Origin: the human T2T-CHM13v2.0 reference genome, Homo sapiens
NCBI RefSeq assembly: GCF_009914755.1
Contig: NC_060931.1
Reading direction: 5' to 3' (one strand)
Length of the DNA: 64,000 bases
Below are positions 37,001-49,000 of the stretch, one piece after another. The position numbers and the translations under genes are program-made. Position 1 is the stretch's first letter; each line of letters begins with the position of its first letter. The notes under the pieces were generated by a model. The model was not told the origin of the DNA, made no database searches, and was given only the letters and a program-made list of their open reading frames with translations.

Positions 37001-40000
37001 CATTTGATGCCAACAGTAGAAAGGGAAATATCTTCAAATAAAAACCAGACAGAATCATTCTCAGAAAATTCTTTGTGATGTGTGCGTTCAACTCACATAG
37101 TTTAACCTTTCTTTTCATAGAGCAGTTTGGAAACACTCTGTTTGTAAAGTCTGCAAGTGGATATATGGACCGCATTGAGGCCTTCGTTGGAAACGGGATT
37201 TCTTCATTTCATGCTAGACAGAAGAATTCTCAGTAACTTCTTTGTGCTGTGTGTATTCAACTCACAGAGTGCAACGTCCCTTTACACAGAGCAGATTTGA
37301 AACACTCTTTTTGTGGAGTTTGCAAGTGGAGATTTCAAGCGATTTTATGCCAACAGTAGAAAAGGAAATATCTTCAAATAAAAACTAGACAGAATCATTC
37401 TCAGAAACTACTTTGTGATGTGTGCCTTCAACTCACAGAGTTTAACCTTTCTTTTCTTAGAGCAGCTTAGAAACACTCTGCTTGTTATGTCTGCAAGTGG
37501 ATATTTGGACCTCTTTGAGGCCTTCGTTGCAAACGGGGTTTCTTCCTTTAATGCTAGACTAAGAAGAGTTCTCAGTAACTTTTTTGTGTTGTGTTTATTC
37601 AACTCACAGAGTTGAACCTTGCTTTAGAGAGAGCAGATTTGAAACACTCTCGCTGTGGCATTTTCAGGTGGAGATTTCAAACGATTTGAGGACAATTGCA
37701 GAAAAGGAAATATCTTCGTATAATAACCAGACAGAATCATTCTCAGAAAGTGCTTTGTGATGTGTGCGTTCAACTCACAGAGTTTAACCTTTCTTTTCAT
37801 AGAGGAGTTTGGAAACACACTGTTTGTAAAGTCTGCAATTGGATATATGGACCTGTTTGAGGCCTTCGTTGGAAACGGGATTTTATCATATAATGATAGA
37901 CGGAAGAATTCTCAGTAAATTCTTTGTGTTGTATGCATTCAACTCACAGAGTGGAACGTCCCTTTAGACAGAGCAGATTTGAAACACTCTTTTTGCGGAA
38001 TTTGCAAGTGGAGATTTCTAGCCATTTGATGCCAACAGTAGAAAGGGAAATATCTTCAAATAAAAACCAGACAGAATCATTCTCAGAAAATTCTTTGTGA
38101 TGTGTGCGTTCAACTCACATAGTTTAACCTTTCTTTTCATAGAGCAGTTTGGAAACACTCTGTTTGTAAAGTCTGCAAGTGGATATATGGACCGCATTGA
38201 GGCCTTCGTTGGAAACGGGATTTCTTCATTTCATGCTAGACAGAAGAATTCTCAGTAACTTCTTTGTGCTGTGTGTATTCAACTCACAGAGTGGAACGTC
38301 CCTTTACACAGAGCAGATTTGAAACACTCTTTTTGTGGAGTTTGCAAGTGGAGATTTCAAGCGATTTGATGCCAACAGTAGAAAAGGAAATATCTTCAAA
38401 TAAAAACTAGACAGAATCATTCTCAGAAACTACTTTGTGATGTGTGCCTTCAACTCACAGAGTTTAACCTTTCTTTTCTGAGAGCAGTTTAGAAACACTC
38501 TGCTTGTTATGTCTGCAAGTGGATATTTGGACCTCTTTGAGGCCTTCGTTGCAAACGGGGTTTCTTCCTTTCATGCTAGACTAAGAAGTGTTCTCAGTAA
38601 CTTTTTTGTGTTGTGTGTATTCAACTCACAGAGTTGAACCTTGCTTTAGAGAGAGCAGATTTGAAACACTCTTGCTGTGGCATTTTCAGGTGGAGATTTC
38701 AAGCGATTTGAGGACAATTGCAGAAAAGGAAATATCTTCGTATAATAACCAGACAGAATCATTCTCAGAAAGTGCTTTGTGATGTGTGCGTTCAACTCAC
38801 AGAGTTTAACCTTTCTTTTCATAGAGGAGTTTGGAAACACACTGTTTGTAAAGTCTGCAAGTGGATACATGGACCTGTTTGAGGCCTTCGTTGGAAACGG
38901 GATTTCTTCATTGAATGCTAGACGGAAGAATTCTCAGTAAATTCTTTGTGTTGTGTGCATTGAACTCACAGAGTGGAACGTCCCTTTAGACAGAGCAGAT
39001 TTGAAACACTCTTTTTGCGGAATTTGCAAGTGGAGATTTCTAGCCATTTGATGCCAACAGTAGAAAGGGAAATATCTTCAAATAAAAACCAGACAGAATC
39101 ATTCTCAGAAAATTCTTTGTGATGTGTGCGTTCAACTCACATAGTTTAACCTTTCTTTTCATAGAGCAGTTTGGAAACACTCTGTTTGTAAAGTCTGCAA
39201 GTGGATATATGGACCGCATTGAGGCCTTCGTTGGAAACGGGATTTCTTCATTTCATGCTAGACAGAAGAATTCTCAGTAACTTCTTTGTGCTGTGTGTAT
39301 TCAACTCACAGAGTGGAACGTCCCTTTACACAGAGCAGATTTGAAACACTCTTTTTGTGGAGTTTGCAAGTGGAGATTTCAAGCGATTTTATGCCAACAG
39401 TAGAAAAGGAAATATCTTCAAATAAAAACTAGACAGAATCATTCTCAGAAACTACTTTGTGATGTGTGCCTTCAACTCACAGAGTTTAACCTTTCTTTTC
39501 TTAGAGCAGCTTAGAAACACTCTGCTTGTTATGTCTGCAAGTGGATATTTGGACCTCTTTGAGGCCTTCGTTGCAAACGGGGTTTCTTCCTTTAATGCTA
39601 GACTAAGAAGAGTTCTCAGTAACTTTTTTGTGTTGTGTTTATTCAACTCACAGAGTTGAACCTTGCTTTAGAGAGAGCAGATTTGAAACACTCTCGCTGT
39701 GGCATTTTCAGGTGGAGATTTCAAACGATTTGAGGACAATTGCAGAAAAGGAAATATCTTCGTATAATAACCAGACAGAATCATTCTCAGAAAGTGCTTT
39801 GTGATGTGTGCGTTCAACTCACAGAGTTTAACCTTTCTTTTCATAGAGGAGTTTGGAAACACACTGTTTGTAAAGTCTGCAATTGGATATATGGACCTGT
39901 TTGAGGCCTTCGTTGGAAACGGGATTTTATCATATAATGATAGACGGAAGAATTCTCAGTAAATTCTTTGTGTTGTATGCATTCAACTCACAGAGTGGAA

Positions 40001-43000
40001 CGTCCCTTTAGACAGAGCAGATTTGAAACACTCTTTTTGCGGAATTTGCAAGTGGAGATTTCTAGCCATTTGATGCCAACAGTAGAAAGGGAAATATCTT
40101 CAAATAAAAACCAGACAGAATCATTCTCAGAAAATTCTTTGTGATGTGTGCGTTCAACTCACATAGTTTAACCTTTCTTTTCATAGAGCAGTTTGGAAAC
40201 ACTCTGTTTGTAAAGTCTGCAAGTGGATATATGGACCGCATTGAGGCCTTCGTTGGAAACGGGATTTCTTCATTTCATGCTAGACAGAAGAATTCTCAGT
40301 AACTTCTTTGTGCTGTGTGTATTCAACTCACAGAGTGGAACGTCCCTTTACACAGAGCAGATTTGAAACACTCTTTTTGTGGAGTTTGCAAGTGGAGATT
40401 TCAAGCGATTTGATGCCAACAGTAGAAAAGGAAATATCTTCAAATAAAAACTAGACAGAATCATTCTCAGAAACTACTTTGTGATGTGTGCCTTCAACTC
40501 ACAGAGTTTAACCTTTCTTTTCTGAGAGCAGTTTAGAAACACTCTGCTTGTTATGTCTGCAAGTGGATATTTGGACCTCTTTGAGGCCTTCGTTGCAAAC
40601 GGGGTTTCTTCCTTTCATGCTAGACTAAGAAGTGTTCTCAGTAACTTTTTTGTGTTGTGTGTATTCAACTCACAGAGTTGAACCTTGCTTTAGAGAGAGC
40701 AGATTTGAAACACTCTTGCTGTGGCATTTTCAGGTGGAGATTTCAAGCGATTTGAGGACAATTGCAGAAAAGGAAATATCTTCGTATAATAACCAGACAG
40801 AATCATTCTCAGAAAGTGCTTTGTGATGTGTGCGTTCAACTCACAGAGTTTAACCTTTCTTTTCATAGAGGAGTTTGGAAACACACTGTTTGTAAAGTCT
40901 GCAAGTGGATACATGGACCTGTTTGAGGCCTTCGTTGGAAACGGGATTTCTTCATTGAATGCTAGACGGAAGAATTCTCAGTAAATTCTTTGTGTTGTGT
41001 GCATTGAACTCACAGAGTGGAACGTCCCTTTAGACAGAGCAGATTTGAAACACTCTTTTTGCGGAATTTGCAAGTGGAGATTTCTAGCCATTTGATGCCA
41101 ACAGTAGAAAGGGAAATATCTTCAAATAAAAACCAGACAGAATCATTCTCAGAAAATTCTTTGTGATGTGTGCGTTCAACTCACATAGTTTAACCTTTCT
41201 TTTCATAGAGCAGTTTGGAAACACTCTGTTTGTAAAGTCTGCAAGTGGATATATGGACCGCATTGAGGCCTTCGTTGGAAACGGGATTTCTTCATTTCAT
41301 GCTAGACAGAAGAATTCTCAGTAACTTCTTTGTGCTGTGTGTATTCAACTCACAGAGTGGAACGTCCCTTTGCACAGAGCAGATTTGAAACACTCTTTTT
41401 GTGGAGTTTGCAAGTGGAGATTTCAAGCGATTTGATGCCAACAGTAGAAAAGGAAATATCTTCAAATAAAAACTAGACAGAATCATTCTCAGGAACTACT
41501 TTGTGATGTGTGCCTTCAACTCACAGAGTTTAACCTTTCTTTTCTTAGAGCAGTTTAGAAACACTCTGCTTGTTATGTCTGCAAGTGGATATTTGGACCT
41601 CTTTGAGGCCTTCGTTGCAAACGGGGTTTCTTCCTTTAATGCTAGACTAAGAAGAGTTCTCAGTAACTTTTTTGTGTTGTGTGTATTCAACTCACAGAGT
41701 TGAACCTTGCTTTAGAGAGAGCAGATTTGAAACACTCTTGCTGTGGCATTTTCAGGTGGAGATTTCAAGCGATATGAGGACAATTGCAGAACAGGAAATA
41801 TCTTCGTATAATAACCAGACAGAATCATTCTCAGTAAGTGCTTTGTGATGTGTGCGTTCAACTCACAGAGTTTAACCTTTCTTTTCATAGAGGAGTTTGG
41901 AAACACACTGTTTGTAAAGTCTGCAAGTGGATATATGGACCTGTTTGAGGCCTTCGTTGGAAACGGGATTTCTTCATTGAATGCTAGACGGAAGAATTCT
42001 CAGTAAATTCTTTGTGTTGTGTGCATTCAACTCACAGAGTGGAACGTCCCTTTAGACAGAGCAGATTTGAAACACTCTTTTTGCGGAATTTGCAAGTGGA
42101 GATTTCTAGCCATTTGATGCCAACAGTAGAAAGGGAAATATCTTCAAATAAAAACCAGACAGAATCATTCTCAGAAAATTCTTTGTGATGTGTGCGTTCA
42201 ACTCACATAGTTTAACCTTTCTTTTCATAGAGCAGTTTGGAAACACTCTGTTTGTAAAGTCTGCAAGTGGATATATGGACCGCATTGAGGCCTTCGTTGG
42301 AAACGGGATTTCTTCATTTCATGCTAGACAGAAGAATTCTCAGTAACTTCTTTGTGCTGTGTGTATTCAACTCACAGAGTGGAACGTCCCTTTGCACAGA
42401 GCAGATTTGAAACACTCTTTTTGTGGAGTTTGCAAGTGGAGATTTCAAGCGATTTGATGCCAACAGTAGAAAAGGAAATATCTTCAAATAAAAACTAGAC
42501 AGAATCATTCTCAGAAACTACTTTGTGATGTGTGCCTTCAACTCACAGAGTTTAACCTTTCTTTTCTTAGAGCAGTTTAGAAACACTCTGCTTGTTATGT
42601 CTGCAAGTGGATATTTGGACCTCTTTGAGGCCTTCGTTGCAAACGGGGTTTCTTCCTTTCATGCTAGACTAAGAAGAGTTCTCAGTAACTTTTTTGTGTT
42701 GTGTGTATTCAACTCACAGAGTTGAACCTTGCTTTAGAGAGAGCAGATTTGAAACACTCTTGCTGTGGCATTTTCAGGTGGAGATTTCAAGCGATTTGAG
42801 GACAATTGCAGAAAAGGAAATATCTTCGTATAATAACCAGACAGAATCATTCTCAGAAAGTGCTTTGTGATGTGTGCGTTCAACTCACAGAGTTTAACCT
42901 TTCTTTTCATAGAGGAGTTTGGATACACACTGTTTGTAAAGTCTGCAAGTGGATATATGGACCTGTTTGAGGCCTTCGTTGGAAACGGGATTTCTTCATT

Positions 43001-46000
43001 GAATGCTAGACGGAAGAATTCTCAGTAAATTCTTTGTGTTGTGTGCATTCAACTCACAGAGTGGAACGTCCCTTTAGACAGAGCAGATTTGAAACACTCT
43101 TTTTGCGAAATTTGCAAGTGGAGATTTCTAGCCATTTGATGCCAACAGTAGAAAGGGAAATATCTTCAAATAAAAACCAGACAGAATCATTCTCAGAAAA
43201 TTCTTTGTGATGTGTGCGTTCAACTCACATAGTTTAACCTTTCTTTTCATAGAGCAGTTTGGAAACACTCTGTTTGTAAAGTCTGCAAGTGGATATATGG
43301 ACCGCATTGAGGCCTTCGTTGGAAACGGGATTTCTTCATTTCATGCTAGACAGAAGAATTCTCAGTAACTTCTTTGTGCTGTGTGTATTCAACTCACAGA
43401 GTGGAACGTCCCTTTACACAGAGCAGATTTGAAACACTCTTTTTGTGGAGTTTGCAAGTGGAGATTTCAAGCGATTTGATGCCAACAGTAGAAAAGGAAA
43501 TATCTTCAAATAAAAACTAGACAGAATCATTCTCAGAAACTACTTTGTGATGTGTGCCTTTAACTCACAGAGTTTAACCTTTCTTTTCTTAGAGCAGTTT
43601 AGAAACACTCTGCTTGTTATGTCTGCAAGGGGATATTTGGACCTCTTTGAGGCCTTCGTTGCAAACGGGGTTTCTTCCTTTCATGCTAGACTAAGAAGTG
43701 TTCTCAGTAACTTTTTTGTGTTGTGTGTATTCAACTCACAGAGTTGAACCTTCCTTTAGAGAGAGCAGATTTGAAACACTCTTGCTGTGGCATTTTCAGG
43801 TGGAGATTTCAAGCGATTTGAGGACAATTGCAGAAAAGGAAATATCTTCGTATAATAACCAGACAGAATCATTCTCAGAAAGTGCTTTGTGATGTGTGCG
43901 TTCAACTCACAGAGTTTAACCTTTCTTTTCATAGAGGAGTTTGGAAACACACTGTTTGTAAAGTCTGCAGGTGGATACATGGACCTGTTTGAGGCCTTCG
44001 TTGGAAACGGGATTTCTTCATTGAATGCTAGACGGAAGAATTCTCAGTAAATTCTTTGTGTTGTGTGCATTCAACTCATAGAGTGGAACGTCCCTTTAGA
44101 CAGAGCAGATTTGAAACACTCTTTTTGCGGAATTTGCAAGTGGAGATTTCTAGCCATTTGATGCCAACAGTAGAAAGGGAAATATCTTCAAATAAAAACC
44201 AGACAGAATCATTCTCAGAAAATTCTTTGTGATGTGTGCGTTCAACTCACATAGTTTAACCTTTCTTTTCATAGAGCAGTTTGGAAACACTCTGTTTGTA
44301 AAGTCTGCAAGTGGATATATGGACCGCATTGAGGCCTTCGTTGGAAACGGGATTTCTTCATTTCATGCTAGACAGAAGAATTCTCAGTAACTTCTTTGTG
44401 CTGTGTGTATTCAACTCACAGAGTGGAACGTCCCTTTGCACAGAGCAGATTTGAAACACTCTTTTTGTGGAGTTTGCAAGTGGAGATTTCAAGCGATTTG
44501 ATGCCAACAGTAGAAAAGGAAATATCTTCAAATAAAAACTAGACAGAATCATTCTCAGAAACTACTTTGTGATGTGTGCCTTCAACTCACAGAGTTTAAC
44601 CTTTCTTTTCTTAGAGCAGTTTAGAAACACTCTGCTTGTTATGTCTGCAAGTGGATATTTGGACCTCTTTGAGGCCTTCGTTGCAAACGGGGTTTCTTCC
44701 TTTCATGCTAGACTAAGAAGAGTTCTCAGTAACTTTTTTGTGTTGTGTGTATTCAACTCACAGAGTTGAACCTTGCTTTAGAGAGAGCAGATTTGAAACA
44801 CTCTTGCTGTGGCATTTTCAGGTGGAGATTTCAAGCGATTTGAGGACAATTGCAGAAAAGGAAATATCTTCGTATAATAACCAGACAGAATCATTCTCAG
44901 AAAGTGCTTTGTGATGTGTGCGTTCAACTCACAGAGTTTAACCTTTCTTTTCATAGAGGAGTTTGGAAACACACTGTTTGTAAAGTCTGCAAGTGGATAT
45001 ATGGACCTGTTTGAGGCCTTCGTTGGAAACGGGATTTCTTCATTGAATGCTAGACGGAAGAATTCTCAGTAAATTCTTTGTGTTGTGTGCATTCAACTCA
45101 CAGAGTGGAACGTCCCTTTAGACAGAGCAGATTTGAAACACTCTTTTTGCGGAATTTGCAAGTGGAGATTTCTAGCCATTTGATGCCAACAGTAGAAAGG
45201 GAAATATCTTCAAATAAAAACCAGACAGAATCATTCTCAGAAAATTCTTTGTGATGTGTGCGTTCAACTCACATAGTTTAACCTTTCTTTTCATAGAGCA
45301 GTTTGGAAACACTCTGTTTGTAAAGTCTGCAAGTGGATATATGGACCGCATTGAGGCCTTCGTTGGAAACGGGATTTCTTCATTTCATGCTAGACAGAAG
45401 AATTCTCAGTAACTTCTTTGTGCTGTGTGTATTCAACTCACAGAGTGGAACGTCCCTTTGCACAGAGCAGATTTGAAACACTCTTTTTGTGGAGTTTGCA
45501 AGTGGAGATTTCAAGCGATTTGATGCCAACAGTAGAAAAGGAAATATCTTCAAATAAAAACTAGACAGAATCATTCTCAGAAACTACTTTGTGATGTGTG
45601 CCTTCAACTCACAGAGTTTAACCTTTCTTTTCTTAGAGCAGTTTAGAAACACTCTGCTTGTTATGTCTGCAAGTGGATATTTGGACCTCTTTGAGGCCTT
45701 CGTTGCAAACGGGGTTTCTTCCTTTCATGCTAGACTAAGAAGAGTTCTCAGTAACTTTTTTGTGTTGCGTGTATTCAACTCACAGAGTTGAACCTTGCTT
45801 TAGAGAGAGCAGATTTGAAACACTCTTGCTGTGGCATTTTCAGGTGGAGATTTCAAGCGATTTGAGGACAATTGCAGAAAAGGAAATATCTTCGTATAAT
45901 AACCAGACAGAATCATTCTCAGAAAGTGCTTTGTGATGTGTGCATTCAACTCACAGAGTTTAACCTTTCTTTTCATAGAGGAGTTTGGAAACACACTGTT

Positions 46001-49000
46001 TGTAAAGTCTGCAAGTGGATATATGGACCTGTTTGAGGCCTTCGTTGGAAACGGGATTTCTTCATTGAATGCTAGACGGAAGAATTCTCAGTAAATTCTT
46101 TGTGTTGTGTGCATTCAACTCACAGAGTGGAACGTCCCTTTAGACAGAGCAGATTTGAAACACTCTTTTTGCGGAATTTGCAAGTGGAGATTTCTAGCCA
46201 TTTGATGCCAACAGTAGAACGGGAAATATCTTCAAATAAAAACCAGACAGAATCATTCTCAGAAAATTCTTTGTGATGTGTGCTTTCAACTCACATAGTT
46301 TAACCTTTCTTTTCATAGAGCAGTTTGGAAACACTCTGTTTGTAAAGTCTGCAAGTGGATATATGGACCGCATTGAGGCCTTCGTTGGAAACGGGATTTC
46401 TTCATTTCATGCTAGACAGAAGAATTCTCAGTAACTTCTTTGTGCTGTGTGTATTCAACTCACAGAGTGGAACGTCCCTTTACACAGAGCAGATTTGAAA
46501 CACTCTTTTTGTGGAGTTTGCAAGTGGAGATTTCAAGCGATTTGATGCCAACAGTAGAAAAGGAAATATCTTCAAATAAAAACTAGACAGAATCATTCTC
46601 AGAAACTACTTTGTGATGTGTGCCTTCAACTCCCAGAGTTTAACCTTTCTTTTCTTAGAGCAGTTTAGAAACACTCTGCCTGTTATGTCTGCAAGTGGAT
46701 ATTTGGACCTCTTTGAGGCCTTCGTTGCAAACGGGATTTCTTCCTTTCATGCTAGACTAAGAAGAGTTCTCAGTAACTTTTTTGTGTTGTGTGTATTCAA
46801 CTCACAGAGTTGAACCTTGCTTTAGAGAGAGCAGATTTGAAACACTCTTGCTGTGGCATTTTCAGGTGGAGATTTCAAGCGATTTGAGGACAATTGCAGA
46901 AAAGGAAATATCTTCGTATAATAACCAGACAGAATCATTCTCAGAAAGTGCTTTGTGATGTGTGCGTTCAACTCACAGAGTTTAACCTTTCTTTTCATAG
47001 AGGAGTTTGGAAACACACTGTTTGTAAAGTCTGCAAGTGGATATATGGACCTGTTTGAGGCCTTCGTTGGAAACGGGATTTCTTCATTGAATGGTAGACG
47101 GAAGAATTCTCAGTAAATTCTTTGTGTTGTGTGCATTCAACTCACAGAGTGGAACGTCCCTTTAGACAGAGCAGATTTGAAACACTCTTTTTGCGGAATT
47201 TGCAAGTGGAGATTTCTAGCCATTTGATGCCAACAGTAGAAAGGGAAATATCTTCAAATAAAAACCAGACAGAATCATTCTCAGAAAATTCTTTGTGATG
47301 TGTGCGTTCAACTCACATAGTTTAACCTTTCTTTTTATAGAGCAGTTTGGAAACACTCTGTTTGTAAAGTCTGCAAGTGGATATATGGACCGCATTGAGG
47401 CCTTCGTTGGAAACGGGATTTCTTCATTTCATGCTAGACAGAAGAATTCTCAGTAACTTCTTTGTGCTGTGTGTATTCAACTCACAGAGTGGAACGTCCC
47501 TTTGCACAGAGCAGATTTGAAACACTCTTTTTGTGGAGTTTGCAAGTGGAGATTTCAAGCGATTTGATGCCAACAGTAGAAAAGGAAATATCTTCAAATA
47601 AAAACTAGACAGAATCATTCTCAGAAACTACTTTGTGATGTGTGCCTTCAACTCACAGAGTTCAACCTTTCTTTTCTTAGAGCAGTTTAGAAACACTCTG
47701 CTTGTTATGTCTGCAAGTGGATATTTGGACCTCTTTGAGGCCTTCGTTGCAAACGGGGTTTCTTCCTTTCATGCTAGACTAAGAAGAGTTCTCAGTAACT
47801 TTTTTGTGTTGTGTGTATTCAACTCACAGAGTTGAACCTTGCTTTAGAGAGAGCAGATTTGAAACACTCTTGCTGTGGAATTTTCAGGTGGAGATTTCAA
47901 GCGATTTGAGGACAATTGCAGAAAAGGAAATATCTTCGTATAATAACCAGACAGAATCATTCTCAGAAAGTGCTTAGTGATGTGTGCGTTCAACTCACAG
48001 AGTTTAACCTTTCTTTTCATAGAGGAGCTTGGAAACACACTGTTTGTAAAGTCTGCAATTGGATATATGGACCTGTTTGAGGCTTCCGTTGGAAACGGGA
48101 TTTCTTCATTGAATGCTAGACGGAAGAAATCTCAGTAAATTCTTTGTGTTGTGTGCATTCAACTCACAGAGTGGAACGTCCCTTTAGACAGAGCAGATTT
48201 GAAACACTCTTTTTGCGGAATTTGCAAGTGGAGATTTCTAGCCATTTGATGCCAACAGTAGAAAGGGAAATATCTTCAAATAAAAACCAGACAGAATCAT
48301 TCTCAGAAAATTCTTTGTGATGTGTGCGTTCAACTCACATAGTTTAACCTTTCTTTTCATAGAGCAGTTTGGAAACACTCTGTTTGTAAAGTCTGCAAGT
48401 GGATATATGGACCGCATTGAGGCCTTCGTTGGAAACGGGATTTCTTCATTTCATGCTAGACAGAAGAATTCTCAGTAACTTCTTTGTGCTGTGTGTATTC
48501 AACTCACAGAGTGGAACGTCCCATTGCACAGAGCAGATTTGAAACACTCTTTTTGTGGAGTTTGCAAGTGGAGATTTCAAGCGATTTGATGCCAACAGTA
48601 GAAAAGGAAATATCTTCAAATAAAAACTAGACAGAATCATTCTCAGAAACTACTTTGTGATGTGTGCCTTCAACTCACAGAGTTTAACCTTTCTTTTCTT
48701 AGAGCAGTTTAGAAACACTCTGCTTGTTATGTCTGCAAGTGGATATTTGGACCTCTTTGAGGCCTTCGTTGCAAACGGGGTTTCTTCCTTTCATGCTAGA
48801 CTAAGAAGAGTTCTCAGTAACTTTTTTGTGTTGTGTGTATTCAACTCACAGAGTTGAACCTTGCTTTAGAGAGAGCAGATTTGAAACACTCTCGCTGTGG
48901 AATTTTCAGGTGGAGATTTCAAGCGATTTGAGGACAATTGCAGAAAAGGAAATATCTTCGTATAATAACCAGACAGAATCATTCTCAGAAAGTGCTTTGT

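Noticed and set aside
36735-37007. Longest ORF (90 aa)
   Set aside because: It results from one SNV (T to A at 36894) removing a TAA stop; there is no evidence of coding function.
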